From contig CAVRJL010000016.1 in assembly GCA_963721525.1 (NCBI GenBank), positions 32,001-96,000 on the forward strand: DNA of 64,000 nucleotides, read 5' to 3'. Position 1 is the stretch's first letter. Each line of letters starts with the position of its first letter. The position numbers and the translations under genes are program-made. Positions 54,109 to 64,000 of this stretch are shown piece after piece. The stretch comes from an uncultured Negativicutes bacterium (GTDB lineage: Bacteria > Bacillota > Negativicutes > JBAXTZ01). The notes under the pieces were generated by a model. That model was given only the letters and a program-made list of their open reading frames with translations, ran no database searches and had not been told where the DNA came from.

Positions 54109-54517
54109 TTTTTCTCCTGGTTTAAATTTTTTAATTTGTTTATATAAATATACCTTAATGACGATAATCTCTTGAAAATTCTGTAGCGAATTCAGTATAG
54201 GAGTTATCTAATATATTTTTTTAGTTTTTTACGAAACCTATTAGGCTTTGTTTTCTTAGATATCAGGGTACGTTCTTGTATTATTCCACATAATGCTTGA
54301 TTTTTTTAGTATGTGCTTTAAGCAGCCTTGTGCCCAAAGAGTTATGTGTTCTACTGATTCTTTATCATAATGATAAACGCGAGAATATATTCTATTAATA
54401 TCGGTAAGGTTAATTCTAATGTATGAAAATTTATTATAAGTATGTTAATTAATTAAAACTTATATGATGGATAAATAAATATATCTAGCGTTCTCTGTAT
54501 TTCTTTTATTTCGTTTT

Positions 54518-54558
54518 CATATGTTATTGGTTAGATACATTCTAACCAATAACATATG
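54518..54558. repeat. Perfect inverted repeat, 18-bp arms, 5-nt loop
   Basis: catatgttattggttaga-tacat-tctaaccaataacatatg. Confidence 0.85.
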
Positions 54559-55231
54559 GTCTATTTTTATGATTTTTTCAAATTTTGTTAATAATTGAGT
54601 TGTCAAAGTGTCCCCCGACTGTCATCGCAGTAAGAATAGATTGTCTGATATATTTTTGAATTCTCTAAAATTTGTTGCTTTAAGTATTTATCAATAAAAA
54701 GATAGTTCTTAATGGTCTAGGTATGATATTGTTATTGCTAATTCTTTAACATTGTGTATTGTGTATAAAAAGTTTATTATTAAATATTTATTTATTAAAT
54801 TTTTTCAATTTTAATGCTACAAATAATTATTAATTATTATAAAAAAATGAGAAAGCTTTTATATTTATAGAAGCTAAAATAACTGAGAAGCAGTCTTAAT
54901 TTTAGCGTATTTTATAGTAAAAAAAAGAGTAAAGAGTAAATCTTGAACAATAAAAATTGTAACACTTTTTTTTTTTTTACAACCTCATATTTATTTAAAG
55001 AATGAAAAGCAATACGGAATTAATTCAAAAAATTATGTTTCTTGTTACTAAATAAAAATATCGATGATAATAATGTAATTTGCGAAATCCATTAAGAAGA
55101 TTTCTATATAAAAATAGAAAATTACTATATAAAAAAATTGAAGCTTTTATCTTATTTTTAATGATAAAGGTTTTTATTTAAATTTATATGTTATAATATT
55201 AAAAATTTTATTTCATAAAAGGCTATTTAGA

Positions 55232-56947
55232 ATGAAAATGTCAAAATTATATATTCCTACTTTGCGTGAAGTCCCCGCAGACACAACAATAATAAGCCAT
55301 CGATTATTGTTACGCGCTGGTTTTATTCGCAAAATGGCAGGAGGTATGTATAGTTATTTACCTTTAGCATGGAAAGTTTTAAGGAAGATAGAAGAAATAA
55401 TCAGAGAAGAAATGAATAAAGAAGAAGCGCAGGAAATATTAATGCCTATCATTCAATCTGCCGAAATTTGGGAAAAATCTGGTCGTTGGAATGTTTACGG
55501 GGAAGAAATGTTTCGTTTAAAAGATAGAAATGGAAGGCAATTTTGTTTAGGACCTACACATGAAGAATTGATTACAACGCTTATAAAAAATGATATACAT
55601 TCTTATAAACAATTACCGTTTATTTTTTATCAGATACAAAATAAGTATAGAGATGAGATACGTCCTCGTTTTGGGTTAATACGATCGCGTGAGTTTATAA
55701 TGAAGGATGCGTATTCTTTTGATAAAGATGAAGATGAACTTGATATTACTTATCAAAAGATGAGCAATGCTTATACACGCATATTTAAGCGTTGTGGTTT
55801 AAATTTTCATATAGTTCAGGCTGATAGCGGAGCAATAGGAGGAACAGGGTCCCATGAATTTATGGCTATTGCTAAAGAAGGAGAAGTATCTATTTTTTAT
55901 TGTGAAAAATGTGGGTATGCGGCATCAGAAGAAAAAGCTGAAGTAAATTCATCACAAAAAAAATTAAGTAATGAGAATATTGAATTGAAAGAAAAATCTA
56001 TTGTCGATACTGGGAAAGCATCTACAATAGATGAAGTATCTTCTTTATTAAAAATAGCTAAGAATAAAATTATAAAAGCTTTAACTTATAAAACAGAGAA
56101 AGGAGAAATTATTGCTTTAGTAAGAGGGGATCATAGATTAAATGAAACAAAGTTAAAAAATGCGCTTAACTGTACGCAAATTGAGGTAGCGAATCAAATA
56201 TTAATAAATAATAAAATGGAAAGTATGTACAGTTGTATCGGACCTATTAGTACTAAAAATATAAAAATTGTGGCTGATAATAGTGTAATGAGTATTAAAA
56301 ATGGAGTTTGTGGATCAAACGTTAAAGGTAAATATTATATAAATGTTAGTCCTATAAGAGATTTTAAAGCCAATATTATCTGTGATTTACGTTTAATGCA
56401 ACGGGGAGATGAATGTCCGCACTGCACAGAAAAAATAGGCGCTGCCAAAGGAATAGAGGTAGGGCAGATATTTAAGCTTGGAACAAAATACTCAAAAGAG
56501 CTTGAAGCTACATATCCTGCTGTAACAGACGAGTCAAAGTTAATACTTATGGGATGTTATGGAATTGGTGTTTCAAGGACTATGGCGGCAGTGGTCGAAC
56601 AATTAAGTGATGAGAACGGAATTAATTGGCCTGTATCAATAGCTCCTTATCATTGTGTGATTATTCCCATAAGTTTTAAAGATAAAAAACATAAAAAATT
56701 AGCTGAAAGTTTATATACTAAATTTATTGCTTTAGGTATCGAAACTATTTTAGATGATCGTGACGAACGTCCAGGAGTAAAATTTAACGATGCTGATTTA
56801 ATAGGGTATCCTTTAAAAATAATCGTTGGAAATAAATCTGTAAATGAAAATTTAGTTGAAATAAAAGAGAGAAAAGCGGGGAAAATACATTTGGTAAAAA
56901 TAGGTATGACTGCTAAATATATAAGGAAATTATTGCAAAATATTTAA
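55232..56947 (+). CDS. proS: Proline-tRNA ligase (bacterial type with editing domain)
   Basis: LGPTHEE, RPRFGLIRSREF, IEVGQIFKLG, MGCYGIG. Confidence 0.98.
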   Translation: MKMSKLYIPTLREVPADTTIISHRLLLRAGFIRKMAGGMYSYLPLAWKVLRKIEEIIREEMNKEEAQEILMPIIQSAEIWEKSGRWNVYGEEMFRLKDRNGRQFCLGPTHEELITTLIKNDIHSYKQLPFIFYQIQNKYRDEIRPRFGLIRSREFIMKDAYSFDKDEDELDITYQKMSNAYTRIFKRCGLNFHIVQADSGAIGGTGSHEFMAIAKEGEVSIFYCEKCGYAASEEKAEVNSSQKKLSNENIELKEKSIVDTGKASTIDEVSSLLKIAKNKIIKALTYKTEKGEIIALVRGDHRLNETKLKNALNCTQIEVANQILINNKMESMYSCIGPISTKNIKIVADNSVMSIKNGVCGSNVKGKYYINVSPIRDFKANIICDLRLMQRGDECPHCTEKIGAAKGIEVGQIFKLGTKYSKELEATYPAVTDESKLILMGCYGIGVSRTMAAVVEQLSDENGINWPVSIAPYHCVIIPISFKDKKHKKLAESLYTKFIALGIETILDDRDERPGVKFNDADLIGYPLKIIVGNKSVNENLVEIKERKAGKIHLVKIGMTAKYIRKLLQNI

Positions 56948-57027
56948 AAGCCATAAGTTAAGATAATAGTTTGAGAAATCTAATTTATAGCAGTAATAAG
57001 TTATAATATTATTTTTAAAAGAGTGTT

Positions 57028-60000
57028 ATGGATAATTTTAAAGAGTTAGTTAAAAAGCTTGATTTACCTCAATCTTCTATTGAGGCTTTTCTTAATAGTG
57101 AAATTTATTCGATAGAAATTGAAGAAAAAAATAAAACAATGACGATTATTTTGAGGACAAACTATAGTTTTACTGTTGAAGAGAAAATAATCGCTGAGAC
57201 ACAATTGCATAAGTTATTTAATTTTGAAATTATAGAAATTATAATAAAAAAAAGAAAAGAATATAGTTTTGAAGAATTATGTAATAATCTGTTTTTTATT
57301 TGGGAAATGATTGACATTTCACCCCTAATTAAAAAAATAACAAAGAATATCAAATTATCCCTAGAAAAGGATAATTTATTATTAGCGGTTGAAAATTCAA
57401 CAATAGAAACTATCTTAAAGGAGAATAATGTTACAAGGAATATTTATGAATTATTTGACACAAAATATTCTAAAAAGCTTAATATTAGGGTAAGTATTGA
57501 AAAATTCATGTTTAATGCGTTTAATAAAGATAATAAATTTAAAATAACAGAAATTAATGATAATAATTATAATATGGAAATGGCTACAGAAAATAAATTT
57601 TTATCAAATAAATTGTCAGATAAAAATCTTCAGATATTAGGTAAAAAAATTCTTGCTGAAAGTGTTACTATTAATAAAGCGCTAAAATTAAATAATAAAT
57701 CTATTATTGTGCAGGGAAAGGTTTTTTGCACTAAAACAAGACAAATAAAGGGTAAATTAACATTATTAAGTTTTTATATTGTTGATTTTACGGAGGCAGT
57801 GCAGTGCAAAATATTTTTAGGATCGAGAAACGATAAACAGATTATTGAAGAAATAAAAGATGGTATGTATATAAAAACTAGAGGTAAATTATGTTTAGAT
57901 CGATATGAAAAAAATATACCGATAGTTGAACCTAAAGATATTGAGAAAATAGAAATAAAAGAGCGAATAGATGAATGCGAAAAAAAGAGGGTAGAATTGC
58001 ATTGTCACACCAAAATGAGTTCCCTAGATGCTGTTATGGCTCCAACTGAATTAGTATGCACTGCAGCACTGTGGGGTCATAAGGCAGTAGCAATTACAGA
58101 TCACGGAGTAGTGCAAGCTTTCCCAGAGGCTGCAGTTGCGGGAAAGAAATTTGGAATAAAAGTTATTTATGGAATGGAAGGATATTTAATTGATGATTCT
58201 AAACCAGTTGATGAAAAAGGAAATAATTTTCATATAATAATACTTGCTAAAAATTATATTGGATTAAGAAATTTATATAAACTTGTTTCTATATCTCATA
58301 TTAAGCACTACAAAAAACGTCCTCGTATTATTAGAGAGGATATAATTAAATATCGTGAAGGTCTAATGTTAGGTAGCGCCTGTGAAGCAGGAGAATTATT
58401 TAGGGCAGTTATTGCAGGTAAAAAAGATGACGAATTGAGAAAAATTGGTGAATTTTATGATTATTTTGAAATTCAGCCTATTTCTAATAATGAATTCATG
58501 GTTAAAAATGGACATGTATCCGATTGCGATAAACTAAAAGAATTTAATAAGAAGATAATATTTTTAGGTGATACCATGAATAAAGTTGTTTTAGCTACGA
58601 CAGATGCTCATTTTTTAAATAAAGAAGATGAGATTTATCGTTCAATAATTTTATCAGCGAAAAACATGGAAAATTTTGCCGATAGTAATCCTCTATATTA
58701 CAGAAACACAGAGCAAATGTTGAAAGAATTTGAATATTTAGGGAAAGATAAAGCAAAAGAAATAGTAATTACAAACACCAATCTTATTGCTGGACAAATA
58801 GATTCTTTACAGCCGATTCCTTCTGAGTTATATATACCAAAAATTAATGGTGCTCAGGAAGAAATATTAAGAATTGCGCACAAAACAGCAATGGAAATAT
58901 ATGGAGAAAAATTACCCTATATTGTTTCAGAACGTTTGGAATATGAGCTTCAGGCAATTATTAATCATGGGTATGCGGTCTTATATTATATAGCTTACAA
59001 ATTAGTAAAAAAATCAAATTTAGATGGGTATCTTGTAGGATCTAGAGGTTCAATAGGTTCTTCTTTTGTAGCGACAATAACAGGCATAACTGAGGTAAAT
59101 CCTTTGCCCCCTCATTGGGTATGTCCTTTTTGTAAAAAAAGCGAGTTTATCGTAGACGGAAGTTTTACAAATGGTTTTGATTTGCCAGATAAAAAATGCT
59201 GTTGCGGAAATTTAATGAAAAAAGACGGGCACGATATACCTTTTGCAGTGTTTATGGGTTTTAAAAAGAATAAAGTTCCTGATATTGATTTAAATTTTTC
59301 TGGCGAATATCAATCACAAATTCATAAATATACAGAAAAATTGTTAGGAAAAGAAAATGTATTTCGCGCGGGTACTATATCAACTGTAGCAGATAAATCA
59401 GCGGAAGCTTTTACTAGAGCTTATTTTAAAAAAAGAAGAATTTTTGCGTCAGAAGCGTATATAAAAAGTTGTAGTGAAAAATGTATTGGAGTTAAGAGAA
59501 CAACAGGACAGCATCCAGGGGGATTAATGGTAATACCCCATGGAGTAGATATACATGAGATTACTCCTATACAATATTCGGCCGAAGCAATAGATAGAGA
59601 TATAACTACAACTCATTTTGATTATCACTCAATTCATAATGCCCTTGTGAAACTTGATAATTTAGGACATGATGCGCCTACTATAATAAAACATTTACAG
59701 GAATTATCAGGTTTTGATGTTAGTAACATTCCTTTTAATGATCCATATACTTTGAGTTTATTTAATTCTACTAAAGCTATAAACCTTACATCAGAACAAT
59801 TACAAGGATGTTCTGTAGCGACACTTGGCATACCAGAATTTGGAACAAGTTTTGTAAGACAAATACTTGAAGTTATAAGACCAAAGCAATTTAGTGATTT
59901 AGTGAGAATAGCAGGTTTCTCACATGGAACAGATGTATGGTTTAGTAATGCAAAAGATCTAATAGATAATAAAATAGGAAAAATAAATGAAATAGTTTCT

Positions 60001-60702
60001 TCTCGTGATGATATAATGAATTTTCTCATGAAAAAAGGCCTTGATAGGGAACATGCTTTTAATATAATGGAACAAGTAAGAAAAGGTCAGGGGCTAAAAA
60101 AGGAAGATATAAAAGTAATGAAAGCGATTAAAGTCAAAGATTGGTATGTAAATTCATGTAATAAAATAAAATATTTATTCCCAAAAGCTCATGCAGTGGC
60201 TTATGTTATAATGGCATTTCGTATAGCATATTTTAAGGTACATTATCCACTTGCTTTTTACGCGGCCAGTTTTTCTGTAAAAACTGGCGATTTTGATGCA
60301 GAAAAAATATGCAATGGCTTAAATAGATTACAACAGGAATATGAAATGATTTTACAAAAAGGTACAGAGGCCAGTCAAAAAGAGAAAGCGTGTATGCCGC
60401 TTATGGAATTAGCGATGGAAGCTTATTTACGGAAAATAGAATTTACTAAGATAAATTTAAATGAATCACATAGCTTTAAGTTTAAAATAAAAGGTGATAG
60501 GTTATTACCGCCGCTTGCAGCGTTGAACGGAGTAGGAGAGAATGCTGCTAGTAATATTATAGCAGCAAGGAAAGAACGTCCTTTTACATCCATAAGAGAT
60601 TTGCAAAGTCGTGCACATTTAAATAAAGTTGTTATAGAAGTATTTGATGTTAATGGAATATTAGATGGATTAGATACTACAGATCAAATTAGTTTATTTT
60701 AA
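57028..60702 (+). CDS. polC: DNA polymerase III PolC-type, lacking the 3'-5' exonuclease insert
   Basis: RVELHCHTKMS, AITDHG, GSRGSIGSS, KVPDIDLNFSGE, YLFPKAHA; 1224 aa with no DEDDh domain inside PHP. Confidence 0.96.
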   Translation: MDNFKELVKKLDLPQSSIEAFLNSEIYSIEIEEKNKTMTIILRTNYSFTVEEKIIAETQLHKLFNFEIIEIIIKKRKEYSFEELCNNLFFIWEMIDISPLIKKITKNIKLSLEKDNLLLAVENSTIETILKENNVTRNIYELFDTKYSKKLNIRVSIEKFMFNAFNKDNKFKITEINDNNYNMEMATENKFLSNKLSDKNLQILGKKILAESVTINKALKLNNKSIIVQGKVFCTKTRQIKGKLTLLSFYIVDFTEAVQCKIFLGSRNDKQIIEEIKDGMYIKTRGKLCLDRYEKNIPIVEPKDIEKIEIKERIDECEKKRVELHCHTKMSSLDAVMAPTELVCTAALWGHKAVAITDHGVVQAFPEAAVAGKKFGIKVIYGMEGYLIDDSKPVDEKGNNFHIIILAKNYIGLRNLYKLVSISHIKHYKKRPRIIREDIIKYREGLMLGSACEAGELFRAVIAGKKDDELRKIGEFYDYFEIQPISNNEFMVKNGHVSDCDKLKEFNKKIIFLGDTMNKVVLATTDAHFLNKEDEIYRSIILSAKNMENFADSNPLYYRNTEQMLKEFEYLGKDKAKEIVITNTNLIAGQIDSLQPIPSELYIPKINGAQEEILRIAHKTAMEIYGEKLPYIVSERLEYELQAIINHGYAVLYYIAYKLVKKSNLDGYLVGSRGSIGSSFVATITGITEVNPLPPHWVCPFCKKSEFIVDGSFTNGFDLPDKKCCCGNLMKKDGHDIPFAVFMGFKKNKVPDIDLNFSGEYQSQIHKYTEKLLGKENVFRAGTISTVADKSAEAFTRAYFKKRRIFASEAYIKSCSEKCIGVKRTTGQHPGGLMVIPHGVDIHEITPIQYSAEAIDRDITTTHFDYHSIHNALVKLDNLGHDAPTIIKHLQELSGFDVSNIPFNDPYTLSLFNSTKAINLTSEQLQGCSVATLGIPEFGTSFVRQILEVIRPKQFSDLVRIAGFSHGTDVWFSNAKDLIDNKIGKINEIVSSRDDIMNFLMKKGLDREHAFNIMEQVRKGQGLKKEDIKVMKAIKVKDWYVNSCNKIKYLFPKAHAVAYVIMAFRIAYFKVHYPLAFYAASFSVKTGDFDAEKICNGLNRLQQEYEMILQKGTEASQKEKACMPLMELAMEAYLRKIEFTKINLNESHSFKFKIKGDRLLPPLAALNGVGENAASNIIAARKERPFTSIRDLQSRAHLNKVVIEVFDVNGILDGLDTTDQISLF

Positions 60703-60715
60703 AAGCAATAACCGC

Positions 60716-60744
60716 TTGCAATATATACTTATTATAAGTATATT
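60716..60744 (+). promoter_or_regulatory. sigmaA promoter of the nusA-infB operon
   Basis: TTGCAA-17-TATTAT. Confidence 0.45.
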
Positions 60745-60918
60745 ATATATAGATGATGAAATAATAGAATATATAATGAAGATTACGTATTGATAAGCGA
60801 AAGTTAAATAAAATATTTGGTAAAGAAATTTTTATTTTTCAGTCCGATTTTTTAAAAGAATCTTCACCTAGTGTTAGTTAGTAAGAAATTTTTATCAAGA
60901 GAGATTAAGGTGTAAAAT

Positions 60919-61947
60919 ATGCAACAGGAATTAATGGGTGTGGTTGCTAAACTTGCTCGTGAAAAAAATATTAAACCAGAAATAATTTTAGAAGCGTTAA
61001 AAACATCTTTAATAACAGCGTATAAAAAAAATTTTGGAATAACGAGTGGTTTACGTATTACTTTTGACGAGGGTAGTTGGCATGTTTTCATTACTAAAAA
61101 AGTTGTAGAAACTGTTTTAGAGCATAGATATGAAATATCATTAACAGACGCGAAAAAAATAAATGAAGCACATGAGGTTTCCGACGAGATAGAAATAGAA
61201 GTTACTTCTAAAGATTTTGGACGTATTGCGGCACAAACAGCAAAACAACTTGTCATGCAAAAAATTCGCGATGCAGAAAGAGATGTTATTTTTGAAGAAT
61301 ATTCTGATAAAGAAAATGATATTGTTTCGGGAATAGTTCAAAGAACAAATTACAAAAATGTATATGTTGATTTAGGAAATACTGAGGGCATTCTTGTTCG
61401 TAGCGAAACAATTCCAGGAGAATTTTATAAAGTCGGGGAACGTATAAAAACTTATATAATTTCAGTAAGAAAAACATCTAAAGGTCCTCAAATAATGCTT
61501 TCGCGTACTCATCCTGGATTATTAAAAAGATTATTAGAAATTGAAGTTCCTGAAATTAAAGATGGTGTAGTAGAAATAAAATCAATATCGAGAGAACCTG
61601 GCGCGCGTTCAAAAGTAGCAGTTCATTCTTTAAATAAAGATATAGACTCTATAGGTGCTTGCATAGGGTATAAGGGATTGAGAGTTCAAATGATAGTTAA
61701 TGAAATGCATGGTGAAAAAATGGATATAGTGGCGTGGTCTGAAAATCTTGTAGAATATATAAGTAATGCTTTAAGTCCTGCAAAAACTGTATCTGTACAG
61801 ATCGATGAAGAAATAAGAGCTTGTCGTGTTATTGTGCCTGATTTTCAATTAAGTTTAGCTATTGGTAAAGAGGGACAGAATGTTAGACTTGCTGCTAAGC
61901 TGACGGGATGGAAAATTGATATAAAAAGTGAAAGTCAATTAATATGA
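60919..61947 (+). CDS. nusA: Transcription termination factor NusA
   Basis: FGRIAAQTAKQ, LSRTHP, REPGARSK, SLAIGKEGQNVRLA. Confidence 0.98.
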   Translation: MQQELMGVVAKLAREKNIKPEIILEALKTSLITAYKKNFGITSGLRITFDEGSWHVFITKKVVETVLEHRYEISLTDAKKINEAHEVSDEIEIEVTSKDFGRIAAQTAKQLVMQKIRDAERDVIFEEYSDKENDIVSGIVQRTNYKNVYVDLGNTEGILVRSETIPGEFYKVGERIKTYIISVRKTSKGPQIMLSRTHPGLLKRLLEIEVPEIKDGVVEIKSISREPGARSKVAVHSLNKDIDSIGACIGYKGLRVQMIVNEMHGEKMDIVAWSENLVEYISNALSPAKTVSVQIDEEIRACRVIVPDFQLSLAIGKEGQNVRLAAKLTGWKIDIKSESQLI

Positions 61948-62204
61948 GTTCTATACCAAAACGTATGTGTATTGTTTGTAAAAATAGATACGAAAAAATA
62001 TATTTAAATAAATTTATTAGAACTCGAAAAAATATACTTATTAGGGATAAAATAGGTAAAATGAATGGACGGGGTATGTATATTTGTTATAAAAAAGAAT
62101 GTATGGATAAAAATATAAACAATAAATTATTGGAAAAATATTCTAAAAAATTTTCAAAAAATAAAGAAATAGTAAAAATAGGTGAAAAAAAGAGGTGTTT
62201 TTAA
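61944..62204 (+). CDS. ylxR: YlxR/RnpM family protein (divergent)
   Basis: PKRMCIVC, GKMNGRGMYIC; position after nusA. Confidence 0.85.
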   Translation: MSSIPKRMCIVCKNRYEKIYLNKFIRTRKNILIRDKIGKMNGRGMYICYKKECMDKNINNKLLEKYSKKFSKNKEIVKIGEKKRCF

Positions 62205-62312
62205 TAAATATTATTCATCAAATTGAATGGAAAAAACTAAAAAAAAATGCTATTAATGCGGATGAGAATTTAACTTTCGGCAAGCTAATAGTAGCTGGGG
62301 GTATATTAATTA

Positions 62313-64000
62313 ATGCGTGTATATGAATTGGCTAAAAAATTGGGAGTTGATACTAAAAAACTAATCGAGTTATTAAAAGATAATGGAGTTTCAAAAAAAA
62401 GCACTTTTAGCGGGTTAAGTGATAGTGAGGTAACGATTATTTATTCTTTGCCGCAATTTTCAGATAAAGAGAGAAAAGAAAAGTATTGTATTGAAAAAAA
62501 TATAATAAAACAAGAATTGGAAATAAAAGAAGTAAATAAAACCCAAGTAAGGAACCATTCTTATACAAGGCGTGTCACAATAGGACTAGATACAAAACAT
62601 CGTTATGATTCTAAAAAAATTTTGGAAATAAACGCTAGAATTACTAAATCTCCTAAAAATCAACAGGAGCTTCCTAAAATGACACGTGAACAACGTGAAT
62701 GGCTAGAAAAACAAAAACGTACATCCGAAAATGAATTAAAGGATAATATCTTTCCTTCAAAATTTAAACAATACTATTCACAACAAACTCCTCTAAAAGA
62801 AAAAATATTATCTAAAGAATATTGTCAACATAAAGAAATTGTAAAAACTGAAAATTGTCCTAAGAAAAAGTTTATAAAAAAAGAAGAAAAAGATTTCGAA
62901 AAAAAAAGAAATATCCCTAATGTTTTCGTACCACAAAAGAAATCTATTCCGATAAAAAAAACACCTCAAATTGATAATAAAGAACAAACTTTTAGAAGAA
63001 AAGAACAAACATCTCAGCTGGTGCAAACTAATTTAAGTAGTAATGTACATCAAAAAAAGTCGGCTGTTTTGCCAATAAAAATAGAGATTTCAAAAAAATT
63101 AATAGGCCGCAAATCATATTCAAGCTCTGAAAAAAATAAACGAATAGATCAGCGTAAAAAAGAAGGCGAAAATTTAGGTAGTATCAATAAGTATTTTAAA
63201 CCTAAAATAAAAACAGGAGGGACAGATAATCCTCATATTCCTAAAACAAGACCAAAAGAAATAAAATTAATAGATAGTATACCGGTAAATGAATTTGCTT
63301 CAAAAATAGGAGTTACTGCCGGACAAATTATAATGAAATTAATGAAACATGGTGTAATGGCGACTCTTAATCAAGAAATAGATATAGAAATTGCAGCTAT
63401 AATAGGTGAAGAATACGGAGTAACTGTTACTAAATTACCTCCTGAAACAGATTCGTATGAAGTTGAAAAAATAATTGATTCAGAGAAAGATTTGCAAAGT
63501 CGCCCGCCAGTTGTTACGGTTATGGGTCATGTTGATCATGGTAAAACTTCTTTACTTGATGCTATACGTTTTACGAGAGTAGCTGCTGGCGAAGCAGGTG
63601 GAATAACTCAACATATTGGTGCATATCAAGTTGTTTATAACGAAAAAAAAATATGTTTTCTAGATACTCCTGGACATGAAGCTTTCACGGCGATGCGTTC
63701 ACGTGGAGCTAAAGCGACAGATATAGCGATACTTGTTGTCGCGGCTGATGACGGGGTTATGCCGCAAACCATTGAAGCAATTAACCATGCTAAAGATGCT
63801 AAAGTTCCTATTATTGTAGCTATAAATAAAATAGATAAAGAAGGAGCTAATCCAGATAAAATAAAGCAAGAACTTGTTGAATATGGTTTACAATCGGAAG
63901 ATTGGGGCGGGGATACGATAATAGTATCTGTTTCTGCTGTAAAAAAAACAGGAATAAATGAATTATTAGAAATGGTTTTACTTCTGTCAGAAATAAATGA
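62313..64000 (+). CDS. infB: Translation initiation factor IF-2, 3' truncated by the window
   Basis: [11 protein letters not shown]; frame stays open into [40 protein letters not shown]. Confidence 0.97.
   Translation, partial: MRVYELAKKLGVDTKKLIELLKDNGVSKKSTFSGLSDSEVTIIYSLPQFSDKERKEKYCIEKNIIKQELEIKEVNKTQVRNHSYTRRVTIGLDTKHRYDSKKILEINARITKSPKNQQELPKMTREQREWLEKQKRTSENELKDNIFPSKFKQYYSQQTPLKEKILSKEYCQHKEIVKTENCPKKKFIKKEEKDFEKKRNIPNVFVPQKKSIPIKKTPQIDNKEQTFRRKEQTSQLVQTNLSSNVHQKKSAVLPIKIEISKKLIGRKSYSSSEKNKRIDQRKKEGENLGSINKYFKPKIKTGGTDNPHIPKTRPKEIKLIDSIPVNEFASKIGVTAGQIIMKLMKHGVMATLNQEIDIEIAAIIGEEYGVTVTKLPPETDSYEVEKIIDSEKDLQSRPPVVTVMGHVDHGKTSLLDAIRFTRVAAGEAGGITQHIGAYQVVYNEKKICFLDTPGHEAFTAMRSRGAKATDIAILVVAADDGVMPQTIEAINHAKDAKVPIIVAINKIDKEGANPDKIKQELVEYGLQSEDWGGDTIIVSVSAVKKTGINELLEMVLLLSEIN

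Noticed and set aside
259-63026. Numerous 60-160 aa ORFs overlapping or antisense to recognised genes
   Set aside because: Shadow ORFs of conserved genes with no RBS or recognisable motifs
62500-63250. Lys-rich low-complexity region and missing ORF call at the window end
   Set aside because: This is the variable IF-2 N-terminal linker; the frame is open and absent from the track only because its stop lies beyond the window
1-64000. CRISPR array, rRNA, intact transposase or defence system
   Set aside because: No regularly spaced direct repeats, rRNA-like sequence or matching ORFs seen

Overview
Very AT-rich chromosomal segment of a diderm Firmicute, most likely Negativicutes. The assignment rests on PolC, ECF transporter and Firmicute gene order co-occurring with OmpH/Skp, an SLH + beta-barrel OmpM-like protein and a periplasmic-type amidase. 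The genome shows ongoing erosion typical of a host-restricted lineage. Most of the window is housekeeping: tsaEBD/rimI, guaA, ruvCAB, trxB, rplS, uppS-cdsA-dxr-rseP-ispG, the S10-spc-alpha ribosomal cluster, ecfAAT, proS-polC-nusA-rnpM-infB and two tRNA-Ser genes. The spacers hold recognisable relics: an inverse-autotransporter barrel, a toprim primase, a GpA-type terminase, a MITE-like element, lpxA, yebC and tcdA. Main points of interest: (1) a full pyrophosphate-based energy kit (PPDK, PPi-PFK, membrane Na+-type PPase); (2) a decayed lpxA beside intact outer-membrane genes, suggesting lipid A loss in a diderm; (3) an 83-bp micro-inversion bounded by 11-bp inverted repeats inside tcdA; (4) several perfect, nearly loopless palindromes up to 62 bp; (5) PolC without its 3'-5' exonuclease insert. 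A dense patch of single-base indels in essential r-protein genes (about 37.4-41.9 kb) is most likely assembly error. No CRISPR array, rRNA or intact mobile element was seen. All calls are by motif recognition, without database searches.
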